Assembly: GCA_009914755.4 (NCBI GenBank)
Contig: CP068257.2
Location: 12,160,001-12,224,000 of the forward strand
Length of the DNA stretch: 64,000 nucleotides
DNA from: the human T2T-CHM13v2.0 reference genome, Homo sapiens
Direction: 5' to 3'
The notes under the pieces were generated by a model. It was not told the origin of the DNA. It did no database searches and saw only the letters and a list, made by a program, of their open reading frames with translations. Each line of letters begins with the position of its first letter. Within the stretch, counting starts at the first letter, position 1. This document shows, one piece after another, positions 50,846 through 63,878 of this stretch. The translations under genes and the position numbers were made by a program.

Positions 50846-53800
50846 GGCTGGAGCTGGAGATGGAGCTGCAGGGATGCAGGCAGCAGTGTCCTGAGGCTGC
50901 ACACAGCAGTGGAGCCATGGGGCTGGTGCAGGAAACCATTCTTTTCTCCTGGGCCCCGGGGCCAGTGACAGCAAGGGCTGCTACAAAGGTCTCTGAAATG
51001 CCTTCAAGACCTTTTTCCCATTGTCTTGAATTATTAGCACTGGGATCCTTTTTATGCAAATATCTGAAGCCTTCTTCACTTTCCCCCAGAAAATCAGCTT
51101 TTCTTTTTGACCACTTGTGCAGATTACAAATTTTGCGTATGTTTAAACTCTCCTTCTCATTTAAATATAAGTTCCAACTTATAGTCATTTCTTTGATCAC
51201 ACATAGGTGCGCAGGCTGTTCAATGTAGGCAGGACAACTCTTGAGCATTGTTGCTTAGAAGTTCATTCTACCAGATACACTCTAAATCATCACCCTCAAG
51301 TTCAGTTTCACAGATCTCCTGGAAAGGATCAATGTGTAGTCAATTACTTTGCTAAGGCAAAACAAAAAAACCTTGGCTCCTCTTCCCAGTGAGTACTTCA
51401 TTTTCACCTGAGATCTTGTAAGCCTGACATTCACTGTCCATCCTTATGTTAGCCTTTTAATCACAACTATTGAACAAGTCTCTGCAATGGTCCAAACTTT
51501 CCCTCATCTTCCTGTTTTCTTCCAAGATCTCCGAACTCTCTAACCTCTGGCCATTACCTAATTCAGAACCTGCTTCTACACTATCAGGTATCATTTTCGC
51601 AGCCTGGCAATGTGGTAACAGAAGAAAAGTCTATTATCAGGGGGAAACATCAAGATGGTATCCAATATTTGCATTGAAAAAAGCTCAGTGCTAATAACCA
51701 AGAGATTGGGGGAAGGCCTAGAAGTCATTTCATAGCTTCACTTCGCAGCATTAATTGTCTGTATGTACATAAAGAAAAGAGGTTTAGTTGACTCACAGTT
51801 CTTCAGGCTATAAAGAAAGCATAGTGGATTCTGCTTGTAGGAGGACTCAGGAAGCCTCCCAATCAAACCAGAGGCCAAGCAGCAATGAAATGTTTCATAT
51901 GCCAGAAGTAGAAGCAAGACAGAAAGAGGAAAGAGGTGCGACATCCTCTTATACAACTAGATCTCATGAGAGCTCACTGTCAGGAGATCAGCATCAAGAA
52001 GATGGTGCTTCACTGTTGGTGAAGGAACCGCCCACCACCCCATATCCACCACCCACTGTTTCCAAGTAGAAGCCTGAGACAGAGGCAGATCCTCTTGGAA
52101 AACCTCTACTATGGCTGTTTAGAAGAAAACTATGGGCTTGGAGCCCCCATGTAGGATACCAGCATCCTCCAATCCCCAGATTCATAGAACCATCAACAGC
52201 TCACACCCCCAGTATCGAAAAGCTACAGGCACTCAACACCAGCCCAGCCCATGAGAGCAGCTACAGGTGCTAAACCCTGCAAAGCCCCAGGTGCACTGCC
52301 TTAGTAGAGTTTTTCCATGAGCCTCTGCCTCTGCGGCAGGCTACTCCCATCCTGCTACACACCACCCTACAGCCAGCCTACTCCTCCCCACCTTACCCAC
52401 CTGTTTTGACTTCCAATCCAACCCCTCTCCCATCCATGAATAAATCACCTCCCACCAGGCCTCACCTGCAACATTGGGGATTACAATTACATGTGAGTTT
52501 AGGTAGGGACACACAGCTAAACAATATTATTCTGACCCTGATCCCCCAAATATCATATCCTTCTCACAGAGTAAAATACAATCATGCCTTTTCAAAAGCT
52601 GCCAAAAGTCTTAAGTCATTTCAGCATTAACTCAAATTTAAAAAGTTCAAAGTCTCACCTGAGAAAAGGCTACAGACCCTTTGGCCTATAAGTTCCTGAA
52701 TTTAAAAGGGATTTATTTTCTTTCAAGATACAAAGATGGTACAGGCATTGGGTAAGTTTTGTCAATCCAAAGGGGAGAGGTGTGCCAGGAAAATAACACA
52801 AATGGGATCACAGGGCCAATGCAAGTCCAAAACCCAGGAGGCCAGTATCCATTCAATCTCACTGCTCCAAAACAATCACAAGAACTCATCATCATGAGGA
52901 AAGGATTAAGGAGATGGTGTTTAACCATTTGTGAAGGATCCTACCCCCACCCCCACTTTTCACCCCTCACCCCCACCATAATCCACCCATTCTCCCCAAT
53001 CCCCACCTTCCAATACCCAGTGCCCTCCACGATTAAATCACCTTCCACCTGGCCCCACTTTCAACATTTCTGATTACAATTCCATATGAGTTTCCATAGG
53101 GACACACAGCCAAATCTTATTATTCTGTCCCTGCCCCACAAATCTCATGTCCTTCTCACTTTGCAAAATACAATGATGCCTTACTTACCATTCCCCAAGC
53201 CACTGTGCTTTTTTTTTTACAGCCTGCAGAACCATGAGCCCATTAAACCCCTTTTTGTTATGATCATACAGAAAATTAGTATTGTGAAGTGAAGCTATGA
53301 AATGCCTTCAATGACTTTTCCCCATCATCTCGGCTAAGACCCCCAAGGTCTTAACTCATTCCATCATTTACTCAACTGTCTGAAGCCCAAAGTCTCATCT
53401 AAGACAAAGATGCAGTCCCATCTCCTCCTGAGCCTCTGAAATACAAAGCAAGTTAACTACTTCCAAGGTATGATTGTCCAGACATTGAGTAAGAATTCCC
53501 AACCAAAAGGAAGATTTATGCCAGAGACAAGAACAAAACACAAACGGGACTTATAGGTCCCATGAAAATCCAAAACCCAGCAGGCCAGTTATTCAAACCT
53601 ACAGCTCCAAAGTCATCCTTTTTCAATCCTTGTCCCACATCCAGGGCACAAGTGTATGAGGGCTGGGTTCCCAAGGCCTTGGGCAGCACTCTACCTGTGG
53701 CTTTGCAGTGTTCAGTCCCCACAGCTGCCCTCATGGGCTGTGCTGGTGTTGAGTGCCTGTAGTTTTTACCCACAGAGGGTACAAAGTTCTTGGTGGGTCT

Positions 53801-54092
53801 ATGAATCTGGGGTCTGCATGATGCTGGCATCCAGTGTGGGTGCCCCAACCCCATATTTTCCTTCTGCAATGCCCTAGTAGAGGTTTCCCAGGAGTCTCTG
53901 CTTTTTTGGCAGCCTTCTGTCTGGACACCAAGACACTTTCATACATCTTCCGAAATCTGTATGAAGGCTCCAAAGCCTCTGGGCTAGTGCTCTGTGCACT
54001 CGCTAGCTTAAAACTATATGGAAGCCATGAAGCCTTACAGCCTGTACCCTCTGAAGCAGTGATGCAATCTGTACCTGTGCATCTTTCAGCCA
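50846..54092 (-). repeat. Array subunit U5 (3247 bp), higher-order-repeat position 5
   Basis: 'ggctggagctggagatggagctgcagggatgcaggcagcagtgtcctgaggctgcacacagcagtggagccatggggctggtgcagg'. Confidence 0.8.
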
Positions 54093-57000
54093 AGGTCGGT
54101 GCAGGAGCTGGGGCAGCCGGGTTTCAGGCAGCAGTGTCCTGAGGCTGCACACAGCAGCAGGGTCATGGGGCTGGCCCAGGAAACCATTCTTCTCTAATAG
54201 GCCCCAGGGACTGTGACAGCAAGGGCTGCTGCAAACATCTCTGAAATGCCTCCAAGGCTTTTTCCCCCAGTGTCTTGGCTATTAGCACTGGCCTCCATTT
54301 TATGCAAGTTTCTGGAGCCTTCATGAATTTTCCCCCTGAAAATCAGCTTTTCTTTTTAACCACTTGGCCAGGCTGCGGATATTCCAAACTTTTGAGCTCT
54401 GCTTGTCATTTAAATATAAGTTCCAACTTGAGGTCATTTCCTCGGTCACACATAACCTCGGTCACACATGAAAGCACAGGCTGTTTGATGCAGACATGCC
54501 CCCACCCTTGTGCTATGCTGCCTAGAAGTTCTTTCCACCAGATATGCACTAAATCTTCACCCTAGAGTTCAAAATTTCACAGATCTTGAGGGCAAGGTCG
54601 CCCTGCAGCCATGTTCTTTGCTACAGCAAAACAAAAGCTAACCTTGGCTCCCGTTCCCAGTAAGATCCTCATTTTCATCTGAGACCTTGTAAGCCTGGCC
54701 TTCACTGTCCATCCTTCTGCCAGCCTTTTAATCACAACTATTTAACAAGTGCCTACAATGGTCCAAATTTCCCTTCATCTCCCTGCCTTCTTTCAAGATC
54801 TCCAAACTCTCCAACCTCTGGCTGTTACCCACTTCTGAACCTGCTTTACATTTTCAGCTATCTTTGTTGCAGCCTGGCAATGCAGAAGAAAAAGAAGTCC
54901 ATTTTCAGGGGGAAAACTTCAGGAAGCCTTCAGATATTTGCATTAAAAAGAAGTCCAGTGCTAATAGCCAAGAAGATGGGGAAATGTCATTGAAGATATT
55001 TCATAGCTCCACTTCGCAGTACTTTATTTTCTGCATGATCATAACGAAAAGGGGTTTAATTGGCTCATGGTTCTGCAGGCTGTAAAGAAAGCATAGTGAC
55101 TTCTGCTTCTGGGAGGACTCAGGAAGCCTCCCAATCATACCAGTAGGAAAACAGCAATGAAATGTTTCATACAGCAGGAGTAGGAGCAAGGCTGAGAGAG
55201 GAAAGTGGTGCCACACCGTCCTATAACCAGATCTCATGAGAACTCACTATCACTAGGTCAGCATCAAGAAGATGGTGCTTAAACATTGGTGAAGGATCCG
55301 CCCCCCAACACAGCTCCACCCCCTACCGTTCCAGACAGAAGCCTGCTGCAGAGGCAGAGGCTCTTGGAAATCCTGTACTGTGGCAGTGCAGAAGGAAAAT
55401 AAGGGCTTTGAGTGACTATGCAGGAGGCCACCAGCCTCTAGACCCCAGATTCATAGACCTACCAACAGTTCACACCCTCAGTATGGAAAAGTGATAGGCA
55501 CTCAACACCAGCCAAGCCTATGAGAGCAGCCTTGTGGGCTAAAGCCTGCAAAGCCACAGGCGCACTGCCCTGGTAGAGGTTTTCCAAGAGCCGCTGTCTC
55601 TGCAGCAGGCTACACCCCCTTCCTACTACCCACCACCCTCCCACCACCCTACAGCCAGCCTACTCTTCCCCACCCTACCCACCCCTTTTTTCTTCCACCC
55701 CTACCCCTCCCATCCATGATTAAATAATCTCCCACCAGACCCCAACTCCAACATTTGGGATTACAATTCCACATGAGTTTTTCCAGGGGCACACAGCCAA
55801 ATCATATTATGCTGACCTTGACCCCACCAAATCTCATATCCTTCTCACAGAATAAAATAAAATCGTGTCTTTTCAAAGTTTCCAAAAGCCTTAACTCATT
55901 CCCACATTAACTCAAATGTAAAAAGTTCAAAGTCTCATCTGAGACAAGGCTACAATCTCTTCTGCCTATGAGTCCCTGAAGTTAAAAGGGTGTTCGTTTC
56001 TTTCAAGGTACAATGATGGTACAGATATTGGGTAACTTTTCTCAATCCAAAGGGAAGAAATTTCCAAGAACAATAACACAAATGGGACCCAGGCCCAATG
56101 GAAATCCAAAATCCCACAGGTCAGTGTTCAGTCAATCTCACAGCTCCAAAATCATGAAGAGAACTCAATATCAGAAGGACAGCATTAAGGAGATGGTGTT
56201 TAACCATTTGTGAAGGATGCACCCCCACCCCTGCCTTACACCCCCAACCCCACCACAATCCCCTCCAACCCTCCTCACCACCCAATCCCCCCCATCCCTC
56301 CCCAACCCTGAAACATCCAACCTCCTCTCTCCATCATGATTAAATCACCTTCCACCAGCCCCCACCTTTAACATTTCCCATTAACATTCCACGTTAGCTT
56401 TGGTAGAGACAGAGAGCCAAAACATATTATTCTGTCCCTGGTCCCCCAGAGTTCATGTTTTTCTCACATTGCAAAATGTAATGATGCCTTCCTTAGAGTC
56501 TCTCAAATCTTAACCCATTCCAGCATTTACTCAAATGCCCAAAGCCGAGAGTCTTATTTGAGACAAGTCTACAGACCCTTCTGCCCATGAGCCACTGAAT
56601 TATATATAAAGCAAGTTTACTACTTCCAAGGTGCAATGATTGTACAGGCTTTGGGTAAGCATTCCCAGCCAAAAGGAAAAAAATTGCCAGAAAGAAGCAC
56701 AAAACACAGATGGGACTTACAGACCCCATGCAAGTCAAAAACCCAGCAAGCCAGTCATTGAATCCTACAGCTCCCAAATCATCTTTTCTGAATCTATACC
56801 TCACATCTGGAGCACAGGGGTGGATGGCTGGGCTCCCAAGGCCTTGGGCAGCTCAGCATCTGTGGCTGTGCAGTGTCTATCCCCGACAGGTGCCCTTATG
56901 GGCTGGGCTGGCGTTGAGTACCTGTGGCTTTTCCACACTGAGGGTGCGAGCAGTTGACGGGTCTATGAATCTGGGGTCTGGAAAGTGGTGCATTCCTGTG

Positions 57001-57258
57001 TGGGGGCTGCAACCCTATATGTTCCTTCTGTACTGCCCTAGTAAATGTTTCCCATGAGGCTCTGCCTCTTGGAAAAGCTTCTGCCTCAACACCCAGGTTT
57101 TTCTGTATATACTCTGGAGTCTAGACAAAGGCTCCCAAGCCTCTAGTTCTGTGCTCTGTGCACCTGCTGGCTTAGTACTATGTGGAAGCCACCAAGGTTT
57201 GAAGCTTGCACCCCTGAAGCAGTGATGCAAGCTGTACCTGTGCATCTTTCAGCCGTGA
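54093..57258 (-). repeat. Array subunit U6 (3166 bp), higher-order-repeat position 6. The hexamer tract is degenerated.
   Basis: 'ggtcggtgcaggagctggggcagccgggtttcaggcagcagtgtcctgaggctgcacacagcagcagggtcatggggctggcccagg'. Confidence 0.8.
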
Positions 57259-60200
57259 CTGGAGCTGTAGCTGTAGCTGTAGCTGCAGGGATGCAGACAG
57301 CAGTGTCCTGAGGACGGACACAGTAGCGCGACCATGGGACTCAATCAGGAAAGCATTCTTCGGTCCTAGACCTCAGGGCCTGTGACAGCAAGCTCTGCTG
57401 CAAAGGTCTCTGAAATGGCTTCAAGGCCTTTTAACCTTGTCTTAGCTATTAGCACTGGGCTCCATTTTATGCAAATTTCTGAAGGCTTCTTGAATTTTCC
57501 CACTGAAAATCAGCTTTGCTTTTTGACCACTTGGCCAGGCTGCAAATTTTCCAAACTTTTAAGCCCTGCTTCTCATTTAAATATAAGTTTCAATTTGAGG
57601 TCATTTATTCAGTCACAGAGAAGACCACAGGCTGTTCAAAACAGACAAGACACCTCTTGAGCTTTGCTGCCTACTTCATTTCACCAGATATACCCTAAAT
57701 CATCACACTCAAGTTCAAAGTTTCAGAGGTCTCCAGGGCAGGGACACCATCCTGCCAAGTTCTTTGCTAAGGGAAAACAAAAGTAACCTTGACTCCTGTT
57801 CCCAGTAAGTTGCTCATTTTCATCTGAGACCTTCTAAGCCTGGTCTTCACTGTCCATCCTTCAGTCACTATTTTAATTATAGCTATGTAACAAGTCTCCA
57901 TGGTCACCCTTTTAATTTAACACATCTCTACAATAGTCCAAATTTTCCCTCATCTTTCTTTCTTCTTCCAAGCCCCCCAAACTGTGCAGCGTCCGGTGGT
58001 TACCCACTTCTGAACCTGCTTCTACGTTTTCAGCCACCGTTGTGGCAGCCTAGCAATGTGGTGAAAGGAGAAAAGTCCATTTTCAGGGGGAAAATTCAAG
58101 AAGGCTTCAGATATTACCATATAAAAGTGGGCAAATGTTAATAGTAAAAAAAAAAAAAAAATGGGGAAAAAACCTTGAGGGCATTTCATGGCTCCACTCT
58201 ACAGTACAAATTTTCTGTAATATTATTTTTAAAAGAGTTTTAATTGGCTCATGGTTCTGCAGGTTGTAAAGGCAGCAAGTGGTTTCTGCTTCTGGGAGGA
58301 CTCAGGGAGCCTCCCAATCATACCAAAAGGCCAAGTGACAATGAGATATTCCATATGGCAGGAGTAGGAAGAAGACACAGAGAAGGAAGAGGTGCCACAC
58401 CAGTTTATACAACCAGATCTCATGAGAACTCACTATCAGGAGATCAGCATCAGGAAGATTAACCAATGGTGAAGGATCCACCCACACCACCGCCTACTGT
58501 TTCCAGGCAGAAGCCTCCTGCAGAGCAGAACCTCTTGGAGAACCTCTACGAGTGCAGTGCAGAAGGAAAATATGGGCTTGGAGCCCCCACACAGGAGGCC
58601 ACCATCCTCCAGACTGCAGATACATAGACCCAACAGCTTGCACTCTCTGCGTGGAACAGCTACAGGCACTCCACACCAGCCCAGCCCATGAGAGCAGCCA
58701 TGGGGGCTACACCCTGCAAAACCACAGGTGCACTGCCCTAGTACAGACTTTCCATGAGCCTCTGCCTCTGCAGCAGGCTACTCCCCCTTCCTGCTACCCA
58801 CCACCCTCTCACCACCCTACTAACAACCTACTCCTCACCCTACCCACCCCTTTTCCTTCCACCCCCGGCCCCCGACCATCCACGATTAAATCACCTCCAG
58901 CCAGGCCCCACCTCCAACATTAAAGATTACAATTCACTTGAGTTTTGTTAAAGAAACACAGCCAAATCATATTATTCTGACCCTGATCCCCACAGTCTCA
59001 TGTGCTTCTCACAGAGAAAAATATATTCATGCCTTTTCAAAAGTTTCCAAAAGTCTTAAATCATTCCAACATTAACTCAAATATAAAAAAATCAACTTCT
59101 CATCTGAGACAGTTCTACAGTACGTTTTGCCTATGAGTCTCTGAATTTAAAAGGATGTTCTTTTCTTTCAAGGTACAATAATGGTACAGGCTTTGGGTAA
59201 GATTTTTCAATCCAGAGGGAAGAAATTTCCGAGGAAGGAAACACAAATGGGACCACAGGCCCAATACAAGTCCAAAACCCAGAAGGCCAGTATCCATTCA
59301 ATCTTACAGCTCCAAAATCATGAAGAGAACTCACTATCACAAGGACAGCAATAAGGAGAATGTTTAATCATTTGTGAAGCATCCGCCCCACAACTCCCAA
59401 TTTTCACTCCTCACCCGCACCACAAATCCCCCATTCTCCCTACGCCCCATCTTCCAACCCCAACTCTCCACCGTGATTAAATCACCTTCCACCAGGCCCC
59501 ACCTTTAACATTCCGATGACAATTCCACATGAGTTTTGGTAGAGACACAGAGCTGAATTTTATTATTCTGTCCCTGGCTCCCCAAATCTCATGTCCTTCT
59601 CACATTGAAAAATATAATGATGCCTTCCCTACAATCCCCCAAAATCTTATATCATTACAGCATTTATTCAAATGTTGAAAGCTTAAAGTCTCATCTGGCA
59701 CAAGGCTACAGTTGCTTAGGCCCATGAGCCTCTGAACTATAAAGCAAGTTAACTACTTCCAAGGTACAATGTTTGTAGAGCCATTGGGTAAGCATTCCCA
59801 GCCAAAAGAAAGAATTTTGCCAGAAAAAAAACAAAACATAGACAGGACTTACCGGTCCCATGAAACTCCAAAACCAAAAGGCCAGTCATTCAATCCTACA
59901 GCTCCAAAATCACCCTTTTTGAAACCCTGTCCCACATCCAGGGCACAGGGGTGTGAGGGCTGGGCTCCCAAGGCCTTGGGCAGCGTGGCATCTGTGGCTT
60001 TGCAGGGTTTATGCCCACGGCTGCCCTCAGGACCTCGGCTGGTGTTGAGTGCCTGTGACTTTTCCCCACTAAGGATACAAGTTGTTGGGCGTCTATGAAT
60101 CTGGGGTCTGCATGATGGTGGCCTCCAGTGTGGAGGCTCCAACCCCATGTTTTCCTTCTGCACTGCCCTAGTAGAAGTTTCATATAAGGCTCTGCCTTTT

Positions 60201-60387
60201 TGGGATGTTTTTGCCTGGACACCCAGGCATTTCCATACATCTTCCAAAATCTATAGAGAGGTTTCCAAGCCTCTGGTCTCATGCTCCGTCCACCAATGGC
60301 TTAACACAATGAGGAAATTACCAAGGCTTCTAGCTGGCACCCTCTGTAGCAGTGACCCAAGCTGTAGCTGTGCATCTTTCAGTCATG
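57259..60387 (-). repeat. Array subunit U7 (3129 bp). It is the second higher-order copy of position 1 and is similar to U1. The hexamer tract is GGAGCT(GTAGCT)x3.
   Basis: 'tggagctgtagctgtagctgtagctgcagggatgcagacagcagtgtcctgaggacggacacagtagcgcgaccatgggactcaatcagg' differs from the U1 counterpart by a few substitutions. The flanks are about 95% identical. Confidence 0.85.
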
Positions 60388-63300
60388 GCTGGAGCTGGAG
60401 CTGGAGCTGGAGCTGGAGCTGCAGGGATGCAGGCAGCAGTGTCCTGAGGCTGCACACAGAGGGGGGGCATGGAACTGGCCCAGGAAACCATTCTTCTCTC
60501 CTAGGCCCCAGGGCCTGTAACAGCAAGGGCTGCTGCAAAGGTCTCTGAAATGCCTTCAAGGCCTTTTCCCTATTGTCTTTTCTATTAGCACTGGGCTCCT
60601 TTTCATGCAAGTTTCTGAAGCCTTCCTCAACTTTCCCCCTGAAAATCAGCTTTTCTTTTTGACCACATGGCCAGGCTGCAAATTTTCCAAACTTTTGAGT
60701 TCTGTTTCTCATGTAATGTGAGAGTTGGGACTCATTTAATGTAAGTCTCATCCAGAAGTCATTTCCTCCATCACACATAAGAACACAGGCTGTGTGATGC
60801 AGACAGGACACCTCTTGAGTTTGCTGCTCAGTTCATTCCACCAGATACTCAGTAAATCATCACCCTCAAGTTCAAAATTTCACAGATCTCCAGGGCGAGG
60901 TCACCGTGCAGCCACGTTCTTTGCTAAGGAAACAAAAGTAACTTTGACTTCTGTTCCCAGTAAGAGCTTCATTTTCATCTGAGACCTTCTAAGTCGGGCT
61001 TTCACTAACCATTTTCCTGTGAGCCTTCTGATCACAAGTGTTTAGCAATTCTTTACAAAGATCCAAACTTTCTTTCATCTTCTTGTCTTTGAAGCCCTCC
61101 AAACTCTCCCGACCTCTGTCCGCTACTCCCTTCTGAATCTGCTTCTACATTATCACTATCTTTGCCACAGCCTGGCAATGTGGTAAAGGAAAACAAGTCC
61201 ATTTTCAGGGGAAAATTCATGAAGCCTTCACATACTTGAATGAAAAGAAGCTGAGTGCTGATTGCCACGACAATGACATTTAATAGTTCCACTTTGCACT
61301 ACTAATTTTCTCTATGATCATAAAGAAAAGAAGTTTAATTGGCTCATGATTCTGCAGACCATAAGGAAACATAATGGCTTCTGAATCTGGGAGGACTCAG
61401 GAAGCCTTCCAATCATACCAGAATGTCCAGGGGCAATGACATGATTCATGTGGCAGGAGTAGACACAAGACACACACAGGAGAGAGGGCCACACCCTATT
61501 ATACAAACAGATCTCATGAGAACTCACTATCACAAGGTCAGCATCATGAAGATGGTGCTTAAACATTGAGGAAGGAACAACCACCCACCCCCAACTCCCA
61601 CTGTTTCCAAACAGAAGCCTGCTGCAGAGGCAGAGCCTCTTGGAAAACCTCTACCAGGGAAGTGTGGAAGGAAAATATGGGCTTGAAGCCCCCATGCAGA
61701 TGGCCACCAACCTCCAGACCCCAGATTCATAGACCCACCAAGAGCTCACACCCTCTGTGGAAAAGCTACAGGCACTCAACAACAGCCCAGACCGTGAGAG
61801 CAGCTGCAGGGGCTAAACCCTGCAAAGCCACAGGTGCTCTGTCCTAGTAGAACTTTTCCATGAGGCTTTGCCTCTGCAGCAGGCTGCTCCCCCTTGCTAC
61901 TACCCCCCACGCTCCCACCATTCTACTGCCAGCCTACTCCTCCCCACCCTAACCAACCCTTTTGTGATACCCTACCTTGTTTTAACCTGGTCGACTCTCC
62001 CTTAGCTGAGAGGGCCAGACAGACTCCATCTTGGCTCCTTCACTTGCAGCCCCTTACCCACCCCCCTTCCTCAAGGACTTAACTTGTGCAAGCTGACTCC
62101 CAGCACATCAAAGAATGCAATTACTGATAAGATACTCTGGCAAGCTATATCCACAGTTCCCAGGAATTCGCCCGGTTGATAGTACACAAAACCCCAGCAT
62201 TTGTGTCCAGTTGATAGCACCCAAAGCCCCCACATCTATCACCTTTGGATGGATTTAAAGCCCCTGCACATGGAAATGTTTGTTTTCCTGTAGCCATTTA
62301 TCTTTTTAACTTTTTTGCCTGTTTTGCTGCTGTGAGAGTCCTTCAGCGAGGCTCCCCCTCCCCTTTCTAAACCAAAGTATAAAAGAAAATCTAGCCCCTT
62401 CTTCCAGGCCAAGAGAATTTTGAGCACCAGCGGTCTCTCAGTTGCCGGCAATAAAGGTCTCCTGAAGTCGTCTCATGGTTTGGCGTTTCTCTACAACTCA
62501 CTCGGTTACAACCCTTTTCCTTCCACCCCAATCTCCTCCAATCAATGACTAAATGATCTCCCCCAGGCCCCACCTTCAACATTTGGAATTACAATTGCAC
62601 CTGAATTTTTATAGGGACACACAGCCAAACCATATTATTCTGACCCTGATATTCCAGAATCTCATGTCCTTAACACAGAGCAAAATACAATCATGCCTTT
62701 TCAAAACTTCCAACAGCCTTAACTCATTCCAAGTGTAAAAAGTTCAAAGTCTCATCTGAGACAAGGCTACTGTCCCTTCTGCCCATGGGTTCCTGAATTT
62801 AAAAGAGATTTCTTTTCTTTCAAGGTACAATGATGGTACAGGTGTTGTGTAAGCTTTCTCAATCCAAAGGGAAGAAATTTCCCAGAATACACAAACGGGA
62901 CCGCAGGGCAAATGCAAGTCCAACACCCAGCAGGACACTATTCACTCAATCTCACAGCTCAAAAATCATCAAGAGAACTCACTATCATGCGGACAGCATT
63001 AAGGAGATAGCGTTTACCCATTTGTGAAGAATCTTCCATCCCACCCTCATCTTTCACTCCCACCCACAAAATAATCTCTCCCATTCTCCCCACACCCCTA
63101 CCTCCAACATCCACTCTTCTCCATGATTAAATCACCTCCCACCAGGTCCCACCTTTAACATTCCCCACGACAATTCCACATGAATATTGGTAGAGAGACA
63201 GAATCAAATCGTATTATTCTGACTCTTGCTCCCCAAATCTTGTATCCTTGTCACGCTGCAAAATACAATGATGACTTCTCTACTGTCCCCCAATGACTTA

Positions 63301-63878
63301 ACTCATTCCAGCATTTACTGAAATGTCCAAGGACTTACAGACCCCATACAAGTCAAAAACCCAGCAGGCCAGTCATTGAATCCTACAGCTCCAAATCATT
63401 TTTTCTGAATGGATATCTCACATCCAGAGCACAGGCGTGTCATGGCTGGGCTCCCAAGGCCTTGGGCAGCTCTGCACCTGTGGCTGTGCATGGTCTATCC
63501 CCCACAGCTGCCCTCATGGGCTGGGCTGGTGTTGAGTGCCTGTAGCTTTTCCAAACTAAGGTTGGAAAAGCCAGCTGTTGGTGGGTCTATGAATCTGGGG
63601 TCTGGAGAATGGTGCCTCCATGTTTAGGGACTCCAGTCTTATATTCTCCTTCTGTACTGCCCTAGTAAAGGTTTCCCATGAGGCTTTGCCTCTTGGAAAA
63701 GCTTCTACCTGAAAACCCAGGTTTTTCCGTAGATACTCTGGAGTCTAGACAAAGGCTCCCAAGCCTCTAGTTTTGTTCTCTGTGCACCTGCTGGCTTAAC
63801 ACTATGTGGAAGCCACCAAGGCTTGAAGCTTACACCCCTGAAGCATGATGCAAGCTGTACCTGTGCATCTTTCAGCCA
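60388..63878 (-). repeat. Array subunit U8 (3491 bp). It is the second higher-order copy of position 2 and is similar to U2, including the LTR-like insertion. The hexamer tract is (GGAGCT)x5.
   Basis: 'ggctggagctggagctggagctggagctggagctgcagggatgcaggcagcagtgtcctgaggctgcacacagagggggggcatggaactggcc'. Confidence 0.85.
61963..62510 (+). mobile_element. Second copy of the LTR-like insertion, in subunit U8. It was duplicated along with the higher-order repeat.
   Basis: 'tgtgataccctaccttgttttaacctggtcgactctcccttagctgagagggccagacagactccatcttggc...gtataaaagaaaatctagccccttcttccaggccaagagaattttgagcaccagcggtctctcagttgccggcaataaaggtctcctgaagtcgtctcatggtttggcgtttctctacaactcactcggttaca' is about 95% identical to 42643-43180. 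Confidence 0.6.
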